The notes under the pieces are model-generated. The model worked only from the letters and a program-made list of their open reading frames with translations. It searched no databases and had not been told where the DNA came from. From positions 62,001 through 126,000 of IMG/VR virus record IMGVR_UViG_3300030503_000315: a stretch of 64,000 nt of DNA. The stretch is one strand, 5' to 3'. The position numbers and the translations under genes are program-made. Within the stretch, counting starts at the first letter, position 1. Every line of letters starts with the position of its first letter. Shown here one piece after another: positions 40,940 through 50,451 of the stretch.

Positions 40940-40980
40940 GGGGCACCGCCGTTTGCCGACCATGCCCCAACTATTTACTA
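40940..40980 (-). promoter_or_regulatory. Class B motif TAGTAAATA (40972-40980) followed by a 5' hairpin
   Basis: Exact motif also at 44832, 47236 and 57266; GGGGCA/TGCCCC stem directly downstream. Confidence 0.62.
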
Positions 40981-40989
40981 CAGTAAAGT

Positions 40990-41630
40990 TTACTTCCTCA
41001 ACTTGTTCTTCACCGACATCAAAGCTTGATGCCAGGCGACGCAGGCATTTATTCCTCGTTCGAATGCTTGCGGTGCCTCTGCAGAATCTTGCTCTGTGAA
41101 CCACGGAAGTTCCATTGTTCCCTGCCGACCATTCTTTGCAACTACATGGTACAGACGTGGGATAACATACTTGGCAGGTAGTACGTACACCGCACGCATG
41201 CCGAACGTGTAAATCTTACCTTCAATGTTCGCTTCGACGCTGAAGTCCATGCCAAAACGCGACACCTCGCCGGTTACGATCGTACCTTCCATCTCACATT
41301 CAAACTTATGCTTGTCATCCCACAGCGTACTCATGTTGGTAACTTCCAATCGATTCGCCACGTGGGCATCAACAACTTGAACTCTTTTTCGGAAAATGGT
41401 TTGCAGGCGATGCCTAGTTCAAACCAGCGATGTAACTTGCTTGCCATTTTACGACGGAACATGGAATGGTGATTTCTACAACGTTGCAACTCAAACACAG
41501 TTATGACTTCATCCATAGTGCAAGACTTTACAACCTGTTTGTATTGCTTGAAGCTCATGTTGAATCTCGATGCGAATTCCTCTTGCTGCTTCTCGAGATC
41601 CGTCACGTCACGTTCTAACACCGTATCCAT
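40990..41630 (-). other. Two hypothetical CDS (40990..~41334, 41331..41630)
   Basis: Tiled ORFs. Confidence 0.6.
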
Positions 41631-41651
41631 GTTCCGCCCTCTCTACATTAA

Positions 41652-42620
41652 CTATGCGTATGCAGAAGGCTCAAGGTAACTTCTAAGCTTGCTAAACACC
41701 TTGGCGACCTGCACGTCAGTGAAGCCGAAGAACTTTGTTGCTCGATCCAAATATCGATCATACGACATCGAATCGATTGCCAGACTGTTGTCACGTTTCA
41801 GATGCTCCGAGAATTCAACATCATGGCGCCCTGCGCAACACAGAATGAATCTTTGTAGTTCAGGCTGCATCCTCTCTCCAACCTTCACCAGAGTTTCCAT
41901 GTGATCCTTGATATGGCTCAAGTATTCACATGGGGCTGTAACCCTGTTGACATGCAGACTGATATCTTCATGCACTGCTTGGTGTTGCCCATGCTCGTCC
42001 ACATACAACCTATTGCGAACACCATTGACATTCTGCGTTATCATGGTCATCGCTGCATGGTGAATCGTCGTCTTCGCTACGTTTGTCATATGAAGCAATG
42101 ACTTGAACCTCGGGTAGTGCATGTATAGTGCACGAACTGCACGTGCCCTCAACTCTGCATCCAAATCTTCCCTGTTCTCCCCGTAGGAACGACACAAGAA
42201 AATCAACTTCCTTGAAATAAGTTTACCGATGTGCTGGTTCATGTGGTTGCAATGAACCGTATCTTCCACCAACTGATCGAAATCTTCCAACGAGTATGCT
42301 TCGTAATCAAGTGACAGGTGATTGAGATTCAGTCTCCGAAGAAACGAAGCGTCAACCGGATCAACCTCATAGTCTACGGCCCTCGGTTTGGCTATCATAC
42401 CGAATCGGTATTTGTGATAAGCCCAGGCATACAACTTGTAGTTCTTGAGGATCTTCCCTTGCGAACGTGACAGACCAATCAGCCTGTCAGAGAGCTCCTT
42501 GTTGTCGAGCAACTTCTTCATGCGGCGTTGATCGATGCGGTGAAACAGATAGGCGTAGTATGCTCCGCCGACACTGCCCATCTCTGAACGTTTGATTCCA
42601 AACTCTTCGTGAAGTAACAT
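41652..42620 (-). CDS. Hypothetical protein with a possible divergent sigma-70 region-2-like segment
   Basis: YGENREDLDAELRARAVRALYMHYPRF...NVAKTTIHHAAMTMI resembles the sigma2 helix pattern; not confirmed. Confidence 0.35.
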   Translation of the reverse strand: MLLHEEFGIKRSEMGSVGGAYYAYLFHRIDQRRMKKLLDNKELSDRLIGLSRSQGKILKNYKLYAWAYHKYRFGMIAKPRAVDYEVDPVDASFLRRLNLNHLSLDYEAYSLEDFDQLVEDTVHCNHMNQHIGKLISRKLIFLCRSYGENREDLDAELRARAVRALYMHYPRFKSLLHMTNVAKTTIHHAAMTMITQNVNGVRNRLYVDEHGQHQAVHEDISLHVNRVTAPCEYLSHIKDHMETLVKVGERMQPELQRFILCCAGRHDVEFSEHLKRDNSLAIDSMSYDRYLDRATKFFGFTDVQVAKVFSKLRSYLEPSAYA

Positions 42621-42637
42621 TATTCCCCCGACAAGCT

Positions 42638-43351
42638 TCAACCACCGCTGACCATATATTCCATCGTATCAAGACGAGTGCGTCGTTTCTTACGCTGCTC
42701 TTTCTCGATCTTGTCGTGCCATTCGCGTGGCGCCGAGTCGATGGTGGGTGGTTCCCACTTGTCCTTCACTGAAGTCTTCTTGATGATCTGATTCGAGGGA
42801 TCGTGAATCTTGTTCTGATCCTTCAACTCATTCCTCTTTTCAATCCACTGCTTGTGTGTCAAAAGGTCCTGTGCATCTGCAGCAAGATAAGAGATGAACG
42901 ACTGGCCTCGCGACCGATTTGGATTTCCCATCAACATCAATTCACCGCTGCTTGTGTAACCTGAAACGAAACCACAAAGGTAATTCGAGATGAAGTCTTT
43001 GCCGATCTTGAAATACAACTTCGTGCCAATCGGCCACTGCGTCTTCTTTGTTTTTGTTCGTAGAAGTCCCAAAAGGACTCGTCGCTCCGAGAACGAAAAT
43101 GATTGGAAAAGGGTTACAACATGAACGAACTCGTCCGAGTTCTTGGCGATCCTCGTGATGTCAGGTGTAAAACACGATGGTGCGATCCCCACAGCTTTGA
43201 TGCCCAGTTTTGAGCAGACCTCTTGTTTGGAAGAATGTGGATGTTTCTTATGGTGTAGGCATTCCCCACACCTGAAAGCTTCGCCAAGGGATTTGGCTGA
43301 CGCTTTCCCCAAAACGTTTTTCTTGAGCATTGGTCGATACTCATAGTACAA
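42638..43351 (-). CDS. Hypothetical protein with an N-terminal Cys/His cluster
   Basis: CGECLHH...C...C pattern. Confidence 0.65.
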   Translation of the reverse strand: MYYEYRPMLKKNVLGKASAKSLGEAFRCGECLHHKKHPHSSKQEVCSKLGIKAVGIAPSCFTPDITRIAKNSDEFVHVVTLFQSFSFSERRVLLGLLRTKTKKTQWPIGTKLYFKIGKDFISNYLCGFVSGYTSSGELMLMGNPNRSRGQSFISYLAADAQDLLTHKQWIEKRNELKDQNKIHDPSNQIIKKTSVKDKWEPPTIDSAPREWHDKIEKEQRKKRRTRLDTMEYMVSGG

Positions 43352-43495
43352 TTTTTTTGTTGACTGACATGCCCCATCAGTCGGCCGTACAACCCCACTA
43401 AATCAACCACCTCCAAAGTTTTGACACGATCGCATAGTGTATCAAACATCCCGGCCTCTTGTCAATCCCCGGGAAACCCAATAGTGAAGCAGGTC

Positions 43496-43825
43496 TCAGG
43501 GTTTTACCAGAACCAGGCCCTGAGGTGGGGTTACGATCATTCCGGTGTCTTCCTGATACTTCTGTTCTAACGGTGCTGGTGCAGGACGCGGCATAACCAC
43601 ATCTTCATACGCGAGGATCATTTGCTCTATAGGTGGGAATGCACCAGAGCAGGTAAGGTACGGAATCAAAGCAAACTGCGGACCATGTTGTGTCATACCC
43701 GAAAGGAATTCCATCGGCTTTTCAATATGGAAGCCATAGTCATCTGACTTGGTAACTTTTGCTAAAACCGTCTGCCCACTGGCCAGGTGGAAAGCAATAA
43801 TTGATCCATCAGCAATTTCGTCCAT
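43496..43825 (-). CDS. Sm/Hfq-like small beta-barrel phage protein
   Basis: FHLASGQTVLAKV...IEKP...Y...TG.IVTP pattern seen in T4-like phage Sm-like proteins. Confidence 0.5.
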   Translation of the reverse strand: MDEIADGSIIAFHLASGQTVLAKVTKSDDYGFHIEKPMEFLSGMTQHGPQFALIPYLTCSGAFPPIEQMILAYEDVVMPRPAPAPLEQKYQEDTGMIVTPPQGLVLVKP

Positions 43826-44082
43826 CAGACACCTCTCGAGATCAAATACAGATTAAGATTGTGTGCGGCGTGGTTGAGGCGATCCATTGCCTCACGGGAT
43901 TCCTTGAGCTTCTTCAAGACCAAGGATTCTTGCAGTGCACGCTGCGCCAGATTGACTTCGGTGATTGACTCACTCCAGTCAAGGATTCCACGACGTTCTT
44001 CCACATCTGTGGTCGGACTGTTGTCGAACCATCGGCTTTCCTTCACTTCTTCTTTTTGTACTTCCTTCACTTCTTCGCTCAT
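43825..44082 (-). CDS. Hypothetical protein
   Basis: Coupled ORF. Confidence 0.6.
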   Translation of the reverse strand: MSEEVKEVQKEEVKESRWFDNSPTTDVEERRGILDWSESITEVNLAQRALQESLVLKKLKESREAMDRLNHAAHNLNLYLISRGV

Positions 44083-44097
44083 CGTTACCTCACGTGG

Positions 44098-44559
44098 TTA
44101 AGGATCTGGTGTAAAGTGACGCTGATACAGCTGCGCCAATGCGAGGTCATAAATTGCTTCACGAGATTTTGCCTGGGGATAGACACGCTTCAACATCTCG
44201 AGCATATACTGCTTCTTCTGGTCCAGTTCTAGGACAACCATCTTCTTCTTGTTTGGGTCTCCAGACGTTGCCTGGAATGCCATGTAGGCACGTGACGCCA
44301 GCCACAACAACTTCTTCTGCCTTTCGCCAAAGTCTCCGTACAGTAAATCAAAATATGGCTTCTTTGAACTCAAACGGTTTGCAATCTTGTGGAGCTTAGA
44401 GTGATGCATATCACAAAGCGAAACCTGCGGACCATCCACACCACCTGCCTGACGCGGGATGATATGGTGCTCTTCTCTATTTGCTGGGCCAGGCGGGTTC
44501 ACGTCGGAAAAACGCGCGCCACACACCCAACACTCTGGCAGGTTTGCTAGGGGTTGCAT
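44098..44559 (-). CDS. HNH endonuclease with an RHH-like C-terminus
   Basis: CWVC...EEHHIIPRQAGG..GPQVSLCDMHHSKLH; C-terminal MVVLEL strand followed by two helices. Confidence 0.8.
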   Translation of the reverse strand: MQPLANLPECWVCGARFSDVNPPGPANREEHHIIPRQAGGVDGPQVSLCDMHHSKLHKIANRLSSKKPYFDLLYGDFGERQKKLLWLASRAYMAFQATSGDPNKKKMVVLELDQKKQYMLEMLKRVYPQAKSREAIYDLALAQLYQRHFTPDP

Positions 44560-44840
44560 GATGATACCTTTTCGATTCGGCTATGAAACATGAAACTATT
44601 TGCGGTCTTTCCCGCCGTCAGACATATCACGCACTTCCGTACTAGCGACAAGGCACAGTATCAACCGACCCTACGGCGAACCACGCCAAGCATTTTGGGA
44701 AGTCCCAAGGAATATCTATGGAGGTGAAGGTAGCGTATATGCCATCCGGTGTTATTTCTGACAGCAGACACCTCCGGCTGGTCTGCTCCGCGGCAGTCGA
44801 CGTTCCACAGCGGCGTTGACTTGTACATGCGTATTTACTA
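44560..44840 (-). ncRNA. Candidate structured non-coding RNA or long leader downstream of a TAGTAAATA motif
   Basis: About 270 nt with no strong ORF; at least five stem-loops. Confidence 0.3.
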
Positions 44841-44843
44841 TTC

Positions 44844-45347
44844 TCAGTTCGCGGCGTCGACCACGCGCGTTGTGTAGTAATCCATGTCCGGAGCATTGTC
44901 GTATTCTTTGTGGAGAATGATTTCCGCATCGAACATGAGAGGGTAATGGTTCGCGTACAGGGTGTCTGCCCACGAGTTGATGAGAGCACGCCTATGCGGT
45001 TTCATCGTCGGCATGTTGCGCTTGATACAAAGGTATGGGAAATAATGCTCACCGTAAAACGCAGACGGTGCGTGCTCACGAAGTTCCCTGCAGCGGGTAA
45101 GCAGCTGTTCGCTCTGCAGCGGCAGCAGCAAGGAGGTTTCACCCGTCGCCGAATCGTAAAATCTATCCATAGATCCTGCGTCTGCTTTGTAAACCTTCGA
45201 CTCATCTGCTTCCATGATCTCTGTCGAGCTGTTGATCTCTACCGAGAATGATTGCAGGTCCAGATCAATCGGCGATCCGGAGAAAACATTTGATAGGTAT
45301 TCAAGGGTGTCCGGTGTGGGCAACACCACCAACTGATAGATCAACAT
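44844..45347 (-). CDS. gp57B/Acb1-like 2H-phosphoesterase fold with degenerate catalytic motifs
   Basis: TSLLLPLQSEQLLTRCRELR...HYFPYLCI parallels T4 57B as recalled; both HxT motifs are substituted. Confidence 0.55.
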   Translation of the reverse strand: MLIYQLVVLPTPDTLEYLSNVFSGSPIDLDLQSFSVEINSSTEIMEADESKVYKADAGSMDRFYDSATGETSLLLPLQSEQLLTRCRELREHAPSAFYGEHYFPYLCIKRNMPTMKPHRRALINSWADTLYANHYPLMFDAEIILHKEYDNAPDMDYYTTRVVDAAN

Positions 45348-45349
45348 TT

Positions 45350-45649
45350 TTAACCTCGCTGTACCACAGTGTACATATCCTTCAGCTGCGGAAAATGTTC
45401 AAGCAAGTAATTCACACCTTGCCCTCTTGCTACCCGCATCTCTACGTTCGTACTTTTCGGATCGAATGGATAGCAACCGTCAGGCATAGCCACCTCCATG
45501 TAAATCTGATCCGTTCCTGCTCCGGTCACAATCGTAACCTTGATTACCGTCATGTAAACGAGTGGCATTTCATCCTCAGAATGCGAAACCGAATCGATCA
45601 ATCTTGACGTGGCCACCTGCGAATGCCCGGGCAAATGCCGAAAGATCAC
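45350..45649 (-). CDS. Hypothetical protein
   Basis: ORF; probable internal start. Confidence 0.55.
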   Translation of the reverse strand: MIFRHLPGHSQVATSRLIDSVSHSEDEMPLVYMTVIKVTIVTGAGTDQIYMEVAMPDGCYPFDPKSTNVEMRVARGQGVNYLLEHFPQLKDMYTVVQRG

Positions 45650-46577
45650 GCTCGGTCATTAACCAAAACCATGAACCCCCAGTTGCACCATAAGGTCTAT
45701 CCAGTACGAAGAAGTACTTTTGTCCTGTTTGCTTTTCGATCATCTTCTTGATCTCTGTAGCCTTGGCTATGATTTTCTTTGGATCAACCTGACGTTCAAT
45801 CGCACCCTTTCGCAACTCGAGGAACGATTTGTTGATACCCAGAACCAACTGGTTGTGGATCACGTTGTAGTCACCGACCTTGACGATGTCGAATCCAGCC
45901 TTCTTCAGACTCGGCGTATTCAAAGGACCCTTGATGAGGGGTACGACCGGAACCCGGGTTAACACAAACGGTTTCTTCTGGAGAGCAGAAATGTTTTCAG
46001 ACTCCTTCTGCGTTTGCTTCAGGACCTTTCCGAATTCATCCAGGATCTTTTCCTCTGATTCCTCGACACGCACTTCATTCTCTTTGCCAACCGAGGCAAT
46101 CGCCTTGTTGGTCGACTCAATCAACGCCTCAACATGCTTCACCGCTTTACGGCATGCAAGGATGGACAACGTCTTCTTGTCCACGGCAGCACCAATGAAT
46201 ACTCCTTCGCGCAGGGAAGTAAGCTCGTTGGAGCATGATCTTAGAGCCTTGCTGACACCGAGTGGTGGTTTGTTTTCCATGATGGTTGTCACCGACTTCA
46301 GTGCTGCGGTGAGTCGCTTCAACTGCTCAGGTTTTTCTACCACGTACAACTTCGACACCTTCAGTACTGCTTTGTCCAACTTGGCCTTGAGTTTGATTAG
46401 AGCATTTTTCTTAGCTTCCAACTTCGCCTTGATCTGTGAATCTTCGGGTGCTTTTTTAGCACGAAGTTCCAGTTGAGGCAACAACTTATTCAACTGTGAT
46501 TGATTCTTCGAGATCAGGTTGTTGCCCGCCTGAAATCTGTCAAAGTTTGAATCAGCTACTCGCTGTAGATTCTTCAT
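45576..46577 (-). CDS. Basic coiled-coil hypothetical protein
   Basis: 333 aa, K-rich helical N-terminal half. Confidence 0.72.
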   Translation of the reverse strand: MKNLQRVADSNFDRFQAGNNLISKNQSQLNKLLPQLELRAKKAPEDSQIKAKLEAKKNALIKLKAKLDKAVLKVSKLYVVEKPEQLKRLTAALKSVTTIMENKPPLGVSKALRSCSNELTSLREGVFIGAAVDKKTLSILACRKAVKHVEALIESTNKAIASVGKENEVRVEESEEKILDEFGKVLKQTQKESENISALQKKPFVLTRVPVVPLIKGPLNTPSLKKAGFDIVKVGDYNVIHNQLVLGINKSFLELRKGAIERQVDPKKIIAKATEIKKMIEKQTGQKYFFVLDRPYGATGGSWFWLMTERDLSAFARAFAGGHVKIDRFGFAF

Positions 46578-46662
46578 GTCTCACCTTCGTTGTTTACGAA
46601 TTGGTATTGGAAGTGCATCTCTTAGCATGAAATTCACTTCCAATTCCTGGAGCACAAACGGT

Positions 46663-46704
46663 AAAAAGCAGAAAGGTTTCCCAACTGTAACTGGGAAACC
46701 TTTC
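46663..46704 (-). terminator. Rho-independent terminator
   Basis: Perfect 13-bp stem GAAAGGTTTCCCA/TGGGAAACCTTTC followed by TGCTTTTT on the minus strand. Confidence 0.75.
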
Positions 46705-46722
46705 CACTAGTGGACACCAGAC

Positions 46723-47181
46723 TTACGCGAGATCGAGCATGAAGCTCTTGTCCTTCTTCGCGCCAGCCTTCTTGACTACTTTTTTCGCCGCAACCTTCTT
46801 GACCACCTTCTTCATGGTCGGCTTGGTGCCCGTCTTCTTCGCTACCTTCTTGGCTGCGACCTTGACCTTGACCTTGACCTTCTTCGCAGTCTTCGCCGGT
46901 GCTTCTTCATCGTCTTCCACTTCTTCAACCTTCGAAGCGCGGGTCGACTTGCGTGCTACCTTCTTCGCGGCACCACGCGTCGTCTTCTTTGCAGCCGGAC
47001 CACGACCCCCGACCTTCTTCTTGGCCTTCGCTGCCTTGATTGCCTCGCGCAGTTTGGCGATGGTCAGTTCTTTCTTTTCCAATGTCTTCTCGAGACGCAC
47101 GTTGGTGCGCAGGATCTTGCCGAATTGACCGGCGGCTTGACGAAGGACAGCGGAAGGGTTAGATGCTTTTTGCGTTGCCAT
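46723..47181 (-). CDS. Histone H1-like K/A-rich DNA-binding protein
   Basis: Repeated KKVA(A/V)KK units with a central EEVEDDEE acidic island. Confidence 0.82.
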   Translation of the reverse strand: MATQKASNPSAVLRQAAGQFGKILRTNVRLEKTLEKKELTIAKLREAIKAAKAKKKVGGRGPAAKKTTRGAAKKVARKSTRASKVEEVEDDEEAPAKTAKKVKVKVKVAAKKVAKKTGTKPTMKKVVKKVAAKKVVKKAGAKKDKSFMLDLA

Positions 47182-47235
47182 TTTAGTTTCCTGTTTGAAT
47201 CTGAAAAGTTAAGATGGGGAATATCCCCTACTGGT

Positions 47236-47244
47236 TATTTACTA
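47236..47244 (-). promoter_or_regulatory. Class B motif TAGTAAATA
   Basis: Intergenic, followed by a GGGGA/TCCCC hairpin, upstream of the H1-like gene. Confidence 0.62.
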
Positions 47245-47310
47245 CATCTTGCTGCAAGGTGCAACCTATACTACCCATCAAATCGTTGCTTGTTTAAATT
47301 GGCGGATGCG

Positions 47311-48715
47311 TTACAGCTCACCCTGCGGTTGACGCGCAAGTTTGCTCGCATTCATGGCCGCCTGGAACATATTGGCGGTTGCCTGGGTTGCGGTACCCAC
47401 CGCTTCATTCACCAACTCGTTCGAACACGTCTGCAGATCATTCGCCATGAGCATCAACCGCTTCGCCTGATTCCTGAGCTTGTGCGAGAGCTCCGAAAAG
47501 CCGACGTACAGAAGTCCGTCTGCGAGATCCAGAAGACGATTCGCTTCCGCATTGAGTTCGCTGCCCAGCGATCCAACACGAATTGCCGGAGGATCCATTT
47601 CCATATCGTTGTTCATCGCTTTCCCCTTTGTGGTTGAAGGAAGGAAGCCGAGGCTTCCTTTTCCAGGTTTAGGCCCCGAGAGCACGCGAGGCAATGGGCT
47701 TAACCTTTGAGTCTTTTTTCAGACGTACCTTGATCGCTGGTTGCGCCAATCCGAATTCGGATAGCCAAATCACCGGATGCTTACCATCGCCAAACGACTC
47801 ATGCACAATCACAGCAGTCTGAATGGCACTTGTGTTACCGACTTTTACATGCTGTACACCATCGTACAGGAAACCACACAAAAGCGGTAGATTCTCAAAC
47901 CTAGTGAGGTCAACTCCCTTCGTTTTATCACTTGCAGGTTTTACTCCACCTGCAACCTTGGTGACGTGGCCGACAAACTTCAACTCTTCGCCGACAACTT
48001 CACGGACTGACTGCCCGGAATGTTCCGGCACGGAACCCTCACCGGGAATACTGAAGATGACATCGTAGCATTCATTGCCTTTAACCTTGACGACACGACC
48101 CTGACCGTGAGCAGGGTGCTCCACAATATCGTTCTTCACAAATCCCGCTGCCAACTGTTCAGGTTTCAATCTGTTCGTCCAGAGCACAAGTTCAGCGACG
48201 TTATACGTCTTCGTAGAATTCGCGTCAAGAACAAACCGTTCGTGGCAGATAACAACGTTCATGCCGACGTTGATACCTTGAGGATTCAACCCGGACACAA
48301 TCCAACCCACCGGTTGTTTGGGCTTCTCCGACAAAGCAACGAATGTTCGTTCGCCCGTCTTTGCGTTGGAAACGTAAGCTGAGATGATCTCCTGCACGGG
48401 ATTCGGTTTGATCTTCAGTTTCTTACTAAGATTTTTCTTAAGCTTACCGACATCGGATTCTTTCGAGGGTTCAACATGTACGGCCGACGCTAGCGCCGCC
48501 GATTTGATTAAATCCTGATCCGTCACGTCGCCAGACCACGTTTGCTTGTCTTCGATCTCTGCTGCGGTGGGGAACGCAAATGCCTTCGCATTGTTTTGTT
48601 CTACTTCAGAACGAAGAGCGCTCTTCACAGTCTTCTTCGTAACCTTCGGGTACGTCGGCTTCTTCGCCATTTCGACCTTGGACTTGACTGCGATCTTCTT
48701 TGCTGACTTTGCCAT
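47311..48715 (-). other. Hypothetical CDS 47311..~47616 and 47669..48715 (K-rich N-terminus, SH3/KOW-like repeats)
   Basis: ORFs; DIVEHPAHGQGRVVKV is SH3-like. Confidence 0.6.
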
Positions 48716-48785
48716 GATGTTGCGTTCCTTGATGGAATGATGTTGCTGGCCATTGATAAGAGGAGGCCAGCTAGCCTCAAATCAA

Positions 48786-49235
48786 CTAATGCTTCAGTAT
48801 TTGAAATCCCTGGCTAACTTTGCCTATGTTTTCTTCAATCACAGCCATTGAGAACTCTTTATAGAAAAAATCCATCCGAACTTCGGCCTGGTCTTCAGAT
48901 ATAGATCTTGGTTTCAGCTCATCATTCACCTGAATAACGAACTCCATAGTTTTCTGAGTAGACCCACTACGATGCAACTCTTCCAGAAGAAATTTGTAAA
49001 TATCCTCCCACACCAATTTCTTGCCTTTAATCTTTGAGGAGAAGACTCTCATTCTATTGAACCAGGTTAAAATCTCTTTCTCCCACCCTCTGGTGTAAGT
49101 TGAGGTAGGGAACAACATTATCTTGAACGCATGAGTGTGCACCTGATCACCCAACTCCTGAATCTTGTTCTTGGCAAACTTTCGGTCGTATGCCATCGCG
49201 GTCAGCTTCAACCGCTTTACTGAATTCGTTTTCAT
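48786..49235 (-). CDS. Hypothetical protein (DUF29-like pattern) carrying the KxNSVxRLxxTA leader
   Basis: MKTNSVKRLKLTA N-terminus; HAFKI...RGWEKEI. Confidence 0.55.
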   Translation of the reverse strand: MKTNSVKRLKLTAMAYDRKFAKNKIQELGDQVHTHAFKIMLFPTSTYTRGWEKEILTWFNRMRVFSSKIKGKKLVWEDIYKFLLEELHRSGSTQKTMEFVIQVNDELKPRSISEDQAEVRMDFFYKEFSMAVIEENIGKVSQGFQILKH

Positions 49236-49528
49236 GTTGATGGTAGTTCCATCGCTGTGAAATCTACCACGGGTGGTGGCTGATAGATTTCAATCGTAAC
49301 AAACTCTACGCAGTTGTCATGCATGAAGGAGTAGGCGAACAGTCGCCCAAGCTGGGCTTCGGTCAGCAGAACGGCCCGTCGTGAGAACGAGAAGGTACCA
49401 TCACCGGACGTATCAACAAAATCCTTGCAGTCTTTCAAACCGGCGTTGGTACCTTCTCGGAGAGCCTTGATAGCTTCAATTTTGCTGCTGGTTATGATCC
49501 GTATTGACACAAGATATTTCTTCATCAT
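49232..49528 (-). CDS. Ribosomal bL12 (L7/L12) C-terminal-domain-like protein
   Basis: KIEAIKALREGTNAGLKDCKDFVD matches the KIxVIKxVRExTGLGLKEAKxxVE helix-turn-helix. Confidence 0.72.
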   Translation of the reverse strand: MMKKYLVSIRIITSSKIEAIKALREGTNAGLKDCKDFVDTSGDGTFSFSRRAVLLTEAQLGRLFAYSFMHDNCVEFVTIEIYQPPPVVDFTAMELPST

Positions 49529-49578
49529 TTTCCCAATTTCGTTTGAAACGGCAAAGTGGAGCCTCAGCCCCACAAAGA

Positions 49579-50444
49579 TTAGCTCGCAGATTTGTCAATC
49601 AACCAAACATCGTACGCGTTGGTGAGTGGATCGAATCTGATTCTAAGAAGACCAAAAGTTTTCACAGGCCATTCCCAGACTGCGTAGTGACCCTTCCACT
49701 TCACCTTTGTTGGAACTTTTTCCCGCAAGTTGATGATTGTGGGCCTGCAATGTTTTGCAGTGAACTGAACTTTGCCACCGGCATTTGTCCAATGCCCTCC
49801 GACTTTGAGTCCGAGCTCATCTAACAGTTTTCGCGCCTTTTCAATGTCTGCTTTCATGCTCTCTCCGTTCCGTTGGAAGTTGTCCTAAATCAGAATGCGT
49901 CGTTCACGCCGTTGTAACGCGGAGTGCGAGTCTTGCGCGCCACAGTCTTCTTTGCTACCGGCTTCAGTGTCTTCTTAACCGCTACAGTTTTCGTCACAGC
50001 TTTCTTTGCGGGTGCAGGCTTGCCCCCGATTTTGCCACCAGCCTTCAGTGCGGTAACAACGAGGTCCATCGTGAACTTCATACGACGGCCGCTTTCGTCT
50101 GTAGCAACGAACGGGAATTTCGGGCGGCTGGGGTATAGACCGATCAGTGTGAATGTTTCCCCACGATACTCAAACGTGTCGTTCAAGCACGAAGCAGGAA
50201 CGCCAAACGAGTCAGAGTATCTTTTGAAATCCGCAGCCTCGGCAGATTCGACCGATCCGTCAGGGTTCACAACTGAAACGTTGATTTTCAGATCAACGCT
50301 CGTTGCTGTTTTCATTGTTCCACCGGCTGGTCGAAAAGCCACGCCATATTTGCGCCCGAGCGCTTCGAGCTCAGCGATCATTGCGTCGGAAAGGACGCGG
50401 CAGGCTGTACGGTCGAGGGTCTTGATTGCTGTTGTCTTTGCCAT
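49579..50444 (-). other. Two hypothetical CDS (49579..49857; 49890..50444 with a K/A-rich tail)
   Basis: ORFs preceded by AACG(A/G)AACGGAG leaders. Confidence 0.68.
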
Positions 50445-50451
50445 GATGAAA

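Noticed and set aside
43355-43390. GACTGA/TCAGTC hairpin as a terminator
   Set aside because: The T-run lies on the wrong side for either strand (an A-run follows it on the coding strand).
44098-44559. IscB/Cas9-like RNA-guided nuclease
   Set aside because: Only 153 aa, with no RuvC motifs, PLMP domain or bridge helix. Kept only as an HNH next to a candidate RNA.
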